Below are positions 29,450-38,425 of a stretch of DNA of 64,000 nt, one piece after another (within the stretch, counting starts at the first letter, position 1; each line of letters starts with the position of its first letter). Origin of the DNA: Nitrospinaceae bacterium (GTDB taxonomy: Bacteria; Nitrospinota; Nitrospinia; Nitrospinales; Nitrospinaceae); assembly GCA_965237905.1 (NCBI GenBank), contig OZ250172.1:64001-128000 (forward strand), in the 5' to 3' direction. A program made the position numbers and the translations under genes. The notes beneath the pieces are model-generated. The model worked only from the letters and a program-made list of their open reading frames with translations, was not told the DNA's origin and searched no databases.

Positions 29450-30223
29450 ATGAGTTCTGTTTTTGATTCATCCCAATTCAATGCCAACCTATTTTTCCCC
29501 CGACCCGACCGATTGGCGCCACCGGAAGGCGCCGATAAAATTTATGTCGAAGTGGAACCAGAGGTTAAAATCCATATCCGACGGTATCCTTCTCCCGATG
29601 CCCGGTTCAGCCTGTTGTATTTTCACGGCAACGGAGAGATTGCCTCGGATTACGATGAGCTGTCCAAGGCTTTTGCCTATCTGGGTGGGGAGTTTGTCGT
29701 CTGTGACTACCGGGGATATGGGCGGAGCAGCGGTCAGCCGACATTAAGAACAGTTCTTCAGGACGCCCACAAGGTTTATCAATCCTTGAAAAAGGATGGC
29801 AAGTTGCAGGATAAACTGTGCGTCATGGGCCGGTCTTTGGGAAGCGCTCCGGCAATCGAGTTGTGTTCGCATTATCCGGAGATCGATTGCTGTATCATCG
29901 AAAGCGGCTATGCCGATCCTGTCCCCCTGGTGGAACGACGGGGATTACGAATCGACGATACCACGCCGGAAGAAAATGCCCTGTTCAACAACAGTCAAAA
30001 AATCAAAAAAGTGACCTGTCCTTTGCTGATCATGCATGGCCAAGATGATATATTGATTTATCCCAATGAGGCGGAACTGAATTTTCAGCAGGCTGGGTCG
30101 GAATCCAAAGACTTGCAGATACTGGAAGGGGTAGGGCACAATGACATTCTCATGGCCCCGGACAACGGTTATTTTAAATGCCTGCAACGGTTTTTTGATA
30201 AAGTGCTGAATTCGGCGGAATGA
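29450..30223 (+). CDS. Alpha/beta hydrolase (ABHD13/BEM46-like)
   Basis: Motifs YFHGNGE, DYRGYG, GRSLG, HGQDD and GHND. Confidence 0.92.
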   Translation: MSSVFDSSQFNANLFFPRPDRLAPPEGADKIYVEVEPEVKIHIRRYPSPDARFSLLYFHGNGEIASDYDELSKAFAYLGGEFVVCDYRGYGRSSGQPTLRTVLQDAHKVYQSLKKDGKLQDKLCVMGRSLGSAPAIELCSHYPEIDCCIIESGYADPVPLVERRGLRIDDTTPEENALFNNSQKIKKVTCPLLIMHGQDDILIYPNEAELNFQQAGSESKDLQILEGVGHNDILMAPDNGYFKCLQRFFDKVLNSAE

Positions 30224-30267
30224 AGATGAGAAGAGAGTTCTTCCGTTACAAATAGTTTGGAGATCTG

Positions 30268-31464
30268 ATGACCAAAAAGTTTTACAACATTGAAGGGCTC
30301 ATTCGAAACGGTTTTAAATTGAGCCGGAATTACCAAGCTCTGGATTTTCACTTCACCAAACTGGGAGATGCGGGAGTCACGGCTCTGGCAAAATCCAGGT
30401 CTGTCCGTCAATTGAGAAGTCTGATTATTCCCGTGCAGAAACTGGGGCCGGAAAGTGCAAAGGCGATTGCAGAGTCTGAAAACTTATCGAATCTCCAGTT
30501 CCTTAAGTTGTATAGAAATAAAATTGGCGATGAGGGGGTTAGTTTTATTTCTGATTCAAGTAATATGGCGAACCTGAAATCATTGCGCCTGGCCTGGAAT
30601 GAGATTTCCCATAAGGGAGCACAATTTATTGCAGACTCCGGAAATCTTCAGTCTCTTACCAGCCTTGTGCTTTCCCAAAACAATCTGGGAGATGAGGGGG
30701 TTAAGTTTTTAGCTGAAAGCAAGAACCTCCCCAATCTGGAGCTACTGGACCTCAAAAAAAATGGCATCACCGACGAGGGGGCACAGGCGCTAGCGAAAAG
30801 CCCAAATTTTATCCACCTGCAAAGTATTGATTTGACTGAAAACGAATTGACAGAAAAGGGTAAGGAGGCGATTGCCGGATTCCTGATCCTTAATCTGATC
30901 CGCAAACGCTTGAGTGAAGACGGCGAAGTGCTGGATCTCAGCAAGCTGAACCTCGGCGACATGCAGGTAAAAATTATATCCGGATATGAGGAATTGAAGG
31001 ATCTTAAGAAATTGTATCTGGAGCTCAATTATATTACCGCCGTCGGTGCTGAATATCTTGCCCAATCATCGTATTTGAAAAACCTGACCCTGCTTTCTCT
31101 GGACCGTAACCAGCTGGGTGATGAAGGGATTAAATTGATCGTTCAATCAGAGAATTTTGCCGACCTGGAAACGCTCATGGTTGAGAACAATGAAATCACC
31201 AATGAGGGCCTGCAGGCCATTGCGGAATCGGAACTGATGTCCAATCTGATCCGGTTGTATGTTGAGGGCAATTCGTATGACGATGAGGGCTGGGAGGCTT
31301 TGAGAGATTCGGAGTTTCTCCAGGATTTGGAATATCCTGTATTCGACAGGGAAGAGGAGGAAGAAGAAGAGGAAGAGGAGGAAGAAGAAGAATTCGAGGA
31401 TATCGAGGAGGAAGAAGAGGAAGAAGAGGAAGAAATCATCGAGGACGACGAATACACTCAGTAA
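30268..31464 (+). CDS. Leucine-rich repeat protein with polyacidic tail
   Basis: Two arrays of about 27-aa LxxLxLxxNxIGDEG repeats and a C-terminal poly-Glu. Confidence 0.88.
   Translation: MTKKFYNIEGLIRNGFKLSRNYQALDFHFTKLGDAGVTALAKSRSVRQLRSLIIPVQKLGPESAKAIAESENLSNLQFLKLYRNKIGDEGVSFISDSSNMANLKSLRLAWNEISHKGAQFIADSGNLQSLTSLVLSQNNLGDEGVKFLAESKNLPNLELLDLKKNGITDEGAQALAKSPNFIHLQSIDLTENELTEKGKEAIAGFLILNLIRKRLSEDGEVLDLSKLNLGDMQVKIISGYEELKDLKKLYLELNYITAVGAEYLAQSSYLKNLTLLSLDRNQLGDEGIKLIVQSENFADLETLMVENNEITNEGLQAIAESELMSNLIRLYVEGNSYDDEGWEALRDSEFLQDLEYPVFDREEEEEEEEEEEEEEFEDIEEEEEEEEEEIIEDDEYTQ
31351..31452 (+). repeat. (GAR)n low-complexity tract encoding poly-Glu
   Basis: Run of gaagaggaggaagaagaagag... 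codons. Confidence 0.85.
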
Positions 31465-31476
31465 GGGACCGGGAAT

Positions 31477-31671
31477 ATGAAAAATAAAATTCTCGGAACC
31501 ATCGGTATTCTCTGGGGAGGGGCCATCGTCGGTCGATGGTTACTGGGAAGTCCCCAGATATCCAATAGCCCTTCTTACCAGAGCGGACAAATTGTGGGAT
31601 TGGTTTGGGGCTTTTTGATGCTGGGCGTAGGATCCTATTACGTCTTCAAAAAAAACCGGCCTAAAGATTAA
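31477..31671 (+). CDS. Small two-TM membrane protein
   Basis: 64 aa with two hydrophobic helices around the SYQSGQ loop. Confidence 0.7.
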   Translation: MKNKILGTIGILWGGAIVGRWLLGSPQISNSPSYQSGQIVGLVWGFLMLGVGSYYVFKKNRPKD

Positions 31672-31683
31672 GAAAAAAATTAC

Positions 31684-32223
31684 CTACCACGAAGTCATCC
31701 ACAGTTCTTTCGAAGGCTTCATTTTAAATATATCCCCCACTCGTTGGGCAAATTCTTCCGGGTTGTACGATTTATTGTAATCGTTGGCTTCGTACCGGAA
31801 GGGATTCCAGGAAAGCACCATCCGCTCGATAAACATTTCATCCAGGGTTACATGGGTTATTTTTTTGATGATCCCGGTGTCTGAATCCACCAGGATGGCC
31901 GCCATGTTGCATTCCTCTTTGGCATAGAGCGCTTCGCAGAATCCCGGAGCCTCCTTTTCCATCTGGGAGGGATTGCAGGGAGCTTCCATAATCCAGTCCT
32001 CGCTTCCGATGGCGAAAATGGGAATGGAGGGAAACTCGGATTCCGACACCAGTTTGGCCCGCCATTTGCCTCCCCAAGCCTCCACCTGCTGGCTGGAGGG
32101 ACTGGGGATCGACCCAACCAATAACATGTCGCCATTGGGAGAGATGGACAACCCGCCGCCGGTACCCTCCACTGTGACAGGGCATTCTTTTCCTTCTTCA
32201 AACGCTATATTTTGTTCGGTCAT
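31684..32223 (-). CDS. Hypothetical protein
   Basis: ATG at 32223 with an AGGA RBS. Globular, protein-like composition. Confidence 0.7.
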   Translation of the reverse strand: MTEQNIAFEEGKECPVTVEGTGGGLSISPNGDMLLVGSIPSPSSQQVEAWGGKWRAKLVSESEFPSIPIFAIGSEDWIMEAPCNPSQMEKEAPGFCEALYAKEECNMAAILVDSDTGIIKKITHVTLDEMFIERMVLSWNPFRYEANDYNKSYNPEEFAQRVGDIFKMKPSKELWMTSW

Positions 32224-32401
32224 GGTTCCTAATCCAAAATGTGGTTTCAAGGGTGCGTGATCCGCTATTTTCTAAAAATTCCATCTCTTCTGTCAATACT
32301 TTAACACATGTCCCGGAAATGGCCTTGAGATCAGGCTTCGCTTCGGTTATGCTAGCGCGTCTTCTCTGGGGAGAGAACTATATAAACATAAAAAAAGTGT
32401 T

Positions 32402-33784
32402 ATGAAAACCACATTAATCGGTCACGCCTGCCTTTTGTTCGAATCCCGAGAGACCACCCTGTTGTCGGACCCTTGTCTTTTCAGCCTGCATTTCGAGGAG
32501 CTTAATTACTATTTTCCGAGGATGGAAATTCATCGGGATAAATTTCCCCGGCCGGATGCCGTTTATCTTTCCCACCGCCATCAGGACCATTTCGACATCC
32601 GCACCCTGGCGTATTTACCGAAAGACCTGAAGATACTCTGTCCGGACGATCCCTTGATGCTGGAATGTTTGAAGGAGTTGGAATACACCGATGTGACCGT
32701 GGTGAAGGATTTTGAAGCGGTTCAAGTCAAAAACCTGACCTTGATACCCACACCCTCCTTAAATCAGGATTATTATCCGGAGCATGGGTTGATCATTCAG
32801 GATGAGGAGGTCAATGTCTGGAACCAGGTGGACACGGTTGTTTCCCCTGAGATCATAAAATATATTCATCGAATTTGCGGTCAGGTGGATTTCGCCTATG
32901 TTCGCTTCGAGCCTCTGTTGGAGCAAAATTTTGCTTACAATAAGGATTCCGTTCTGCCATTTGATGAGTACAGTTCGTTTCTCAAAGTGGCCGGCGCGTT
33001 ATCGCCGAAATTCGCTGTTCCCGGTTCGGCGGGGGAGCACTTTTATGACCGCGCAGAGTTTCTCAATCATTTTGTATTTCCCGCGACGCAGGAGCAGTTC
33101 ATTATGGATTTGGAAGCGTTCTCGCCGGAGATTCGGTCCAGTACGTTCTATCCCGGAGACGTGGCTGAGATCAGTTCTGGAGGAGCCAAGATTCACCGGC
33201 AACAAACCGATCTGGTTACCCGACAGGAAGATGATATTTTCCGGACCGCTTTCAATCCGGTCTATGAAGTGCCGCGCATTCGCACCCTGACGGAAGATCC
33301 CGAACAACGGGCTAAAGAAAAGGATGCGGTAACCCATTTCATCGAAGGCGGCGCCTTTTTGGATAAGTTGAGCCAGTTAGATGTTATGGAGGGCTATAAG
33401 CATTGGGGCGTCGGCTATCGTCTGGAACTGTTCGACGAGGACAGCTCGGATATATGGAGTATCGATTTCAGCAAGCCCCCGGCAGTCCAGAAGGGATATT
33501 TTGGGGCGGTCAATCTTTACGAAGGAATCGGCTATTCAGAACTCTACCGGTTGATTCAGGGCGATACCAATTGGGATTTCGTCGGCGCTTCCGGGCAGTA
33601 CCGGACGTTTCACAATATTTACCGGGTGAGCCGGGGGAATTTTGAGTTCTATCCGCAGGAGAGAAAATTTCCCCAACCGCTACTGGAAGTGTTTCCGGCG
33701 GACCGGGAAATGGACCGCGAGAAATACCTGAAGGACGTCCGCCGCTGGAAAGGACAATTTGATGAGGCGGCCCGGCCAAAATGA
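32402..33784 (+). CDS. MBL-fold metallo-hydrolase with C-terminal extension
   Basis: Motifs IGHACL, SDP and SHRHQDH (HxHxDH). Confidence 0.88.
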   Translation: MKTTLIGHACLLFESRETTLLSDPCLFSLHFEELNYYFPRMEIHRDKFPRPDAVYLSHRHQDHFDIRTLAYLPKDLKILCPDDPLMLECLKELEYTDVTVVKDFEAVQVKNLTLIPTPSLNQDYYPEHGLIIQDEEVNVWNQVDTVVSPEIIKYIHRICGQVDFAYVRFEPLLEQNFAYNKDSVLPFDEYSSFLKVAGALSPKFAVPGSAGEHFYDRAEFLNHFVFPATQEQFIMDLEAFSPEIRSSTFYPGDVAEISSGGAKIHRQQTDLVTRQEDDIFRTAFNPVYEVPRIRTLTEDPEQRAKEKDAVTHFIEGGAFLDKLSQLDVMEGYKHWGVGYRLELFDEDSSDIWSIDFSKPPAVQKGYFGAVNLYEGIGYSELYRLIQGDTNWDFVGASGQYRTFHNIYRVSRGNFEFYPQERKFPQPLLEVFPADREMDREKYLKDVRRWKGQFDEAARPK

Positions 33785-33794
33785 TTGATAATAA

Positions 33795-33823
33795 TTGACA
33801 GCACTCGTTGAACTCAGTAAACT
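33795..33823 (+). promoter_or_regulatory. Sigma70 promoter of tRNA-Met
   Basis: TTGACA-17 bp-TAAACT upstream of the tRNA. Confidence 0.75.
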
Positions 33824-33851
33824 TCGACACTTACACCAAATAATCAAATAA

Positions 33852-33928
33852 GGCGGTATAGCTCAGCTGGTTAGAGCGCACGGCTCATATCCGTGGTGTC
33901 CGGGGTTCAAGTCCCTGTACCGCCACCA
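33852..33928 (+). tRNA. tRNA-Met (CAT), elongator-type
   Basis: Cloverleaf with acceptor GGCGGTA/TACCGCC, anticodon arm CACGG-CTCATAT-CCGTG, T-loop TTCAAGT and encoded CCA. The 1-72 pair is intact and there is no GGG/CCC initiator stem. Confidence 0.95.
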
Positions 33929-33933
33929 TTTTC

Positions 33934-33968
33934 AGGACTTGGATTTTTCGATCCAAGTCCTTTTTTTT
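33934..33968 (+). terminator. Intrinsic terminator after tRNA-Met
   Basis: AGGACTTGGAT-ttttcg-ATCCAAGTCCT followed by a T-tract. Confidence 0.9.
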
Positions 33969-33972
33969 GTTT

Positions 33973-34617
33973 TTAAAATAGCCAGTAGCGAATTCCAAAC
34001 CGGATTTCGTGCGATCTGATATTCGAATTCTCAAGAAGATTGGTGGTATTGGCAAGCGTCAATTCCGCGTCCGTAATCGTATCGAAATACCGGTATTCTG
34101 CGGTCAGAGAAAAACTTTCTGTAACGTTGACCGCCGCGCCCGCCATAAGTTGATAGGAGTACACATCATCGCTATCATCCACCACCAGCGTACCGTCTAA
34201 CTCCTTCAAGTTTAAAGAAAACGTGCCATAGCCCACTCCGAGACCGGCATAAGGTGTGACGATACCCAAAAAGTCAAATTCCAAATAGCCGTTTAAAAAA
34301 ACGTGCGCCGAGCTCAAACTGCCGTCGGCCCCCTCCGAGCCGCCTGCATCAATGAACTTATCATTGGGGTTGTAGCGATAAACCGCTTCCACTTCTGCGC
34401 GAAGCATACCGAATTTAGCCCCCACTGCCAGGGCGCTGTTAAATCCCGTCTGAGTATTCAACTCAAGATCAGTGCCGGGGACGGTCGTTCCTTCATTAAT
34501 CGAAGCGGGCTGGGAACTGAAGCCGGCCTGGACCGCAAAGTATAATGTATCGGCCTGCGCCGGTGCGCTGATGAGCAAGATCAACACACCCAATAATCCG
34601 TAGATAGTTTTTTTCAT
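33973..34617 (-). CDS. Outer membrane 8-stranded beta-barrel protein (OmpA/porin-like)
   Basis: Signal peptide (AQA), motifs RAEVE, PYAGLGVG, YQLMAG and AEYRY, and a C-terminal aromatic residue. Confidence 0.88.
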   Translation of the reverse strand: MKKTIYGLLGVLILLISAPAQADTLYFAVQAGFSSQPASINEGTTVPGTDLELNTQTGFNSALAVGAKFGMLRAEVEAVYRYNPNDKFIDAGGSEGADGSLSSAHVFLNGYLEFDFLGIVTPYAGLGVGYGTFSLNLKELDGTLVVDDSDDVYSYQLMAGAAVNVTESFSLTAEYRYFDTITDAELTLANTTNLLENSNIRSHEIRFGIRYWLF

Positions 34618-34733
34618 AAATGTCCCTTGTGAGTGGTGGCTTTATTCAAAAAATAACTAATTCATTCATATACAATAAGTTAAGGGCATGCCGATAATTT
34701 GTCAACCGGCAGGCTACATCTCATAGTTGATGG

Positions 34734-34778
34734 TTGACAAATAAGTGACCTTCCATAAAATGAGAACTGTTCTCATTT
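34734..34778 (+). promoter_or_regulatory. Sigma70 promoter overlapped by a Fur-box-like palindrome
   Basis: TTGACA-16 bp-TAAAAT, with the perfect palindrome AAATGAGAAC-T-GTTCTCATTT at 34758-34778 upstream of a bfd-like gene. Confidence 0.75.
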
Positions 34779-34812
34779 CCATGAATATCGGTTTTTAATC
34801 GGATAACGCTCA

Positions 34813-35094
34813 ATGGATTCACCTCCCAACCCGGATGAAGAAATCATCTGCCAGTGTTTTCAGGTTTCGGACAAAACCATCAAGTCGTGTATCAAAGAAG
34901 GAAGCCTCAAGGAAATCGAGCAAGTCACTGAGGCTTGTGGCGCCGGGGGAGGGTGTCAATCCTGCCACATGTTGATCCAATTATTCATCGATCAACACCA
35001 TAATCCGGGAAAACCACCCGAGCCTAAGAATAAGGATAAGGAAGGCGGCGTTAAAAAGCGCGGGATTTTCAGCAAATTGTTTCAACGGTATTAA
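34813..35094 (+). CDS. BFD-like (2Fe-2S)-binding protein
   Basis: Cys pattern ICQCFQV...AGGGCQSC. Confidence 0.88.
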   Translation: MDSPPNPDEEIICQCFQVSDKTIKSCIKEGSLKEIEQVTEACGAGGGCQSCHMLIQLFIDQHHNPGKPPEPKNKDKEGGVKKRGIFSKLFQRY

Positions 35095-35126
35095 TTTTCC
35101 TTTCCACCCATGCCCAGAGAAATCTT

Positions 35127-36311
35127 ATGAAAGTCGCTTATTTTGATTGTCATTCCGGTATCAGCGGAGACATGATCCTGGGTGCTCTGGTAGATGCTGG
35201 CGTGGATCTCAAAACGATCCGCAAGGGGCTGACTTCTCTTGGGCTCAAGGGTTATGAATTAAAATCCCGGCGAGTCAAGCGGGGCCTGTTCGGTGGAACC
35301 AAAGTCGACGTCGTTTTATCCCCCAAAGCCCATATCCATTCCCGAACCTTCACCGATATCGAAAAATTACTCAAACGCTCCAAACTCCCCAAATCGGTGA
35401 TCGAAGATTCCATGGAAATTTTTCTGAGACTGGGCAAAGCCGAGGCCAAGGTGCATCGCACCACGATCGATAAAGTTCATTTTCATGAAGTCGGGGCGGT
35501 TGACTCGATTGTCGATATTGTCGGTGGAGTCATCGGCATCCAGGAACTCAATGTCAGTCAGGTTCTGGCGTCGCCGTTGAATATGGGAGAAGGCACGGTG
35601 AAATGCGAGCATGGGGTTCTTCCGGTGCCGGCGCCGGCCACGTTGGAGTTGTTGAAAGGCATTCCCTGTTACTCCAGCGGAATCCCGTACGAGTTAACCA
35701 CACCCACGGGAGCGGCCATGATCGGGTTTTGGGCCGAAGCCTTTCAATCCTTACCCCTGATGAAGATTCAAAAATCCGGTTACGGCGCGGGAAGCCATGT
35801 CATTAAAGAGCATGCCAATTTGTTAAGAATCATCGTGGGTGAGGCGGAAGGAAAGAGCGGTGGCAAAATCGCACTGGTGGAGACCAATATCGATGACATG
35901 AATCCGGAGTTTTACGATCACATCATGGAACAGCTGTTTTCCGCCGGAGCCTTGGATGTGTTTTATACATCCGTGATGATGAAGAAAAACCGTCCTGCCG
36001 TAAAAATTTCCGTGTTGGCCCCGCCCGCCAAACGGGAAGCTGTGTCACATATCCTGTTGACCGAAACCTCTACCTTCGGCATCCGCTTCACAGAAATGGA
36101 TCGGATCATCCTCGACCGGCAACACATGGAGGTACAAACTCCTTATGGCAAGGTTGCGGTGAAGGTGGGAAGCATGGACGGCCAGGTGATGCACTTCTCG
36201 CCGGAGTACGAAAGCTGTAAACAGATCGCCCGGAAAAAAAAGATTCCCGTCAAAATGATTTACGACACGGTTATGCAATCAGCAGAAAAAAAATTAAAGG
36301 GAGGGAATTAA
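35127..36311 (+). CDS. larC: Nickel pincer cofactor biosynthesis protein LarC
   Basis: Motifs YFDCHSGISGDM, VHFHEVGAVDSIVD, HGVLPVPAPAT, ELTTPTGA, ETNIDD, MKKNRP and PEYESC. Confidence 0.96.
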   Translation: MKVAYFDCHSGISGDMILGALVDAGVDLKTIRKGLTSLGLKGYELKSRRVKRGLFGGTKVDVVLSPKAHIHSRTFTDIEKLLKRSKLPKSVIEDSMEIFLRLGKAEAKVHRTTIDKVHFHEVGAVDSIVDIVGGVIGIQELNVSQVLASPLNMGEGTVKCEHGVLPVPAPATLELLKGIPCYSSGIPYELTTPTGAAMIGFWAEAFQSLPLMKIQKSGYGAGSHVIKEHANLLRIIVGEAEGKSGGKIALVETNIDDMNPEFYDHIMEQLFSAGALDVFYTSVMMKKNRPAVKISVLAPPAKREAVSHILLTETSTFGIRFTEMDRIILDRQHMEVQTPYGKVAVKVGSMDGQVMHFSPEYESCKQIARKKKIPVKMIYDTVMQSAEKKLKGGN

Positions 36312-36329
36312 GGAGAGGGAGAGGGGAGA

Positions 36330-36608
36330 CTAAACACCCAGTTTTTTGAGGCATTCCTCGTAATGCTTTTGGTACATGATGTCCCATTCGGGGGTGCCTT
36401 CGCGAATTTTTTTCTCTTTGTAGGAAGCGATGATTTTGCGGGCCTCGGCATCGGCCCTGTCGTCCAGCTGTAATTCTTCCGTCATAACGCGCGTGATCTC
36501 CAGGCGCACGTCGTTCAAATCCATTTTATAATCCAGCTCTTCACGATTTTCGAAATCGTTGACGATCAGACTGCTGATGTGGTTGATTTTGTCCCGGCTC
36601 AGTTTCAT
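36330..36608 (-). CDS. DUF507 family protein
   Basis: MKLSRDKINHIS...EGTPEWDIMYQKHYEE. Confidence 0.75.
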   Translation of the reverse strand: MKLSRDKINHISSLIVNDFENREELDYKMDLNDVRLEITRVMTEELQLDDRADAEARKIIASYKEKKIREGTPEWDIMYQKHYEECLKKLGV

Positions 36609-36617
36609 AACAATTTT

Positions 36618-36899
36618 TTAAAGAATGAGACCCCGTTCGCGCGCCAGTTTGGTTTTCACCATTTGAAAGACCCGGCCGTAATCCATCATATCCCTTTCAT
36701 ACTCCTTGGTCCGGGAGTCGATGAGTAGTTTGACTTCTTCGTTCAACTTGTCTTCCACCATTAAATCTTGGGTAATGATATCGTTCACGATGGCCTCCAG
36801 TTTTTCAGGACGATCCTCCCAGACGAGGTAATCTCCTTCAATCAGAGCAACCACAACTTTTTTTGCGACTCGGTCAAGCAGTTCTTTTTGAATTCTCAT
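36618..36899 (-). CDS. DUF507 family protein
   Basis: EDKLNEEVK...DYGRVFQMVKTKLARERGLIL. Confidence 0.8.
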   Translation of the reverse strand: MRIQKELLDRVAKKVVVALIEGDYLVWEDRPEKLEAIVNDIITQDLMVEDKLNEEVKLLIDSRTKEYERDMMDYGRVFQMVKTKLARERGLIL

Positions 36900-36929
36900 A
36901 GAAGAATGAAACCATCCGTTAATTTAGAG

Positions 36930-37002
<73 letters not shown>

Positions 37003-37014
37003 ATCGTTCGCTGG

Positions 37015-37194
37015 TCAACCTTTTCCCAGAATCATAATCAGGTAGTCGGAGGAGGTTTGAATTTCCAAAATTTCCAAACCCTGGCTACGGACTTCCTGGA
37101 TCGCTTTGCCCACCATCTTTTCGATGGCTTCGGCGCTTTCTTCATTGATGTTGAGCGCCTTGACGCCGGTGATTTTTTTCCCATCTGAAGTCAT
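37015..37194 (-). CDS. Small hypothetical protein (59 aa, below the ORF-track cutoff)
   Basis: MTSDGKKITGVKALNINEESAEAIEKMVGKAIQEVRSQGLEILEIQTSSDYLIMILGKG, with a G-rich RBS upstream. Confidence 0.7.
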   Translation of the reverse strand: MTSDGKKITGVKALNINEESAEAIEKMVGKAIQEVRSQGLEILEIQTSSDYLIMILGKG

Positions 37195-37544
37195 CCAATA
37201 ACCCCCGCTTGGTCTAATCTATTGAAATTAAAGGATATTATTTGACCAGACCGTATTAATCAACCGCCTCCAGAAATACCTGACGCATTATCCAGCATTT
37301 CAAATGCTTAATCAAATATTATAATATTTCGAAGTTCACCCGATAAGGTATGAAAATTCCAAGAGGTTAAACCGGTATTGTAATCAATTCGGTATTTGAG
37401 TAATATGTGGCACCGCGAAGAAATGGGGTTTTGAATCAGGAATACTTCGATCCCACTGTTATTTTTGCAAAACTCTCAAATTATGTAATCTTCCACAAGG
37501 CCCTTTTTAGTTAGAAGGGCCTTATGTTTAATCGTGAAAGCTGA

Positions 37545-38405
37545 ATGGCTGAAAAATTAAAATTTACTGAAAAAGTCCCCATCTCCTCTCACCTGATTGA
37601 GTTGAAGAACCGGATGATTAAGGTCGCCATTGTGTTGGCCTTTTTCTTCGGGCTGTGTTTTTATTTCAAGGATTTCCTGCTTTTATGGTTGGAAGACCCT
37701 CGACCTAATAGATTAACCAATAAGCTTACTTTCATCGCCCCTACGGAAGCCTTTTTCGCACATATGAAGGTGTCCTTCATGGGATCTCTCTTTATTTCCA
37801 TGCCTTATATTCTGTACCATGTCTGGTTTTTCATCTCGCCGGGGCTCAAGGTCAAAGAAAAAAAGATCACCATGATGTTCGTTGTTTTCGGGACTTTCTT
37901 TTTCCTGTTTGGCGGAGTGTTCTGTTATTTCCTGGTCCTGCCTCTCGGCCTCAAATTCCTGATTGGTTATGGATCAGACTGGTATGAGCCGTTTGTCACC
38001 ATTCAGCGGTATTTCGATTTTGTGGTGAAACTGATCCTGGCGTTTGCGTTTGCCTTTCAGACTCCACTGGTCATGGTTTTGCTGACCAAATTCGGAATCA
38101 TCAACACCATCAAAATGCGGATGTACCGGAAATGGGCGTTCCTCGGGGCTTTTGGCCTGGCCGCCGTGCTCACCCCTCCAGATATCATCACCCAAGTGCT
38201 TCTTGGATTTCCGTTGTATCTGCTTTACGAATTTGGCGTAGTGGTTTCCGCGTTTTTTGAAGACCCGAAGCAGAGAGAGCAGGTTATCAAACAAATGCAA
38301 CTGCAGAAAGAAATGAAGAAGGCCAAGAAGGAAGCCGCGATGAAAACCACCAGCATCAAGAAAAAAGTCAAGAAGACGGTCAAACCCAAGAAAAAAGCAG
38401 GCTGA
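37545..38405 (+). CDS. tatC: Twin-arginine translocase subunit TatC
   Basis: Motifs HLIELKNR, PTEAF, WFFISPGL, FQTP, LTPPD and LYE. Confidence 0.96.
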   Translation: MAEKLKFTEKVPISSHLIELKNRMIKVAIVLAFFFGLCFYFKDFLLLWLEDPRPNRLTNKLTFIAPTEAFFAHMKVSFMGSLFISMPYILYHVWFFISPGLKVKEKKITMMFVVFGTFFFLFGGVFCYFLVLPLGLKFLIGYGSDWYEPFVTIQRYFDFVVKLILAFAFAFQTPLVMVLLTKFGIINTIKMRMYRKWAFLGAFGLAAVLTPPDIITQVLLGFPLYLLYEFGVVVSAFFEDPKQREQVIKQMQLQKEMKKAKKEAAMKTTSIKKKVKKTVKPKKKAG

Positions 38406-38425
38406 TTTTCCCTTCATTTAAGTCC

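Noticed and set aside
37497..37523. Inverted repeat AAGGCCCTT...AAGGGCCTT before tatC
   Set aside because: It is a real hairpin, but it has no T-tract or second copy, so no function can be supported.
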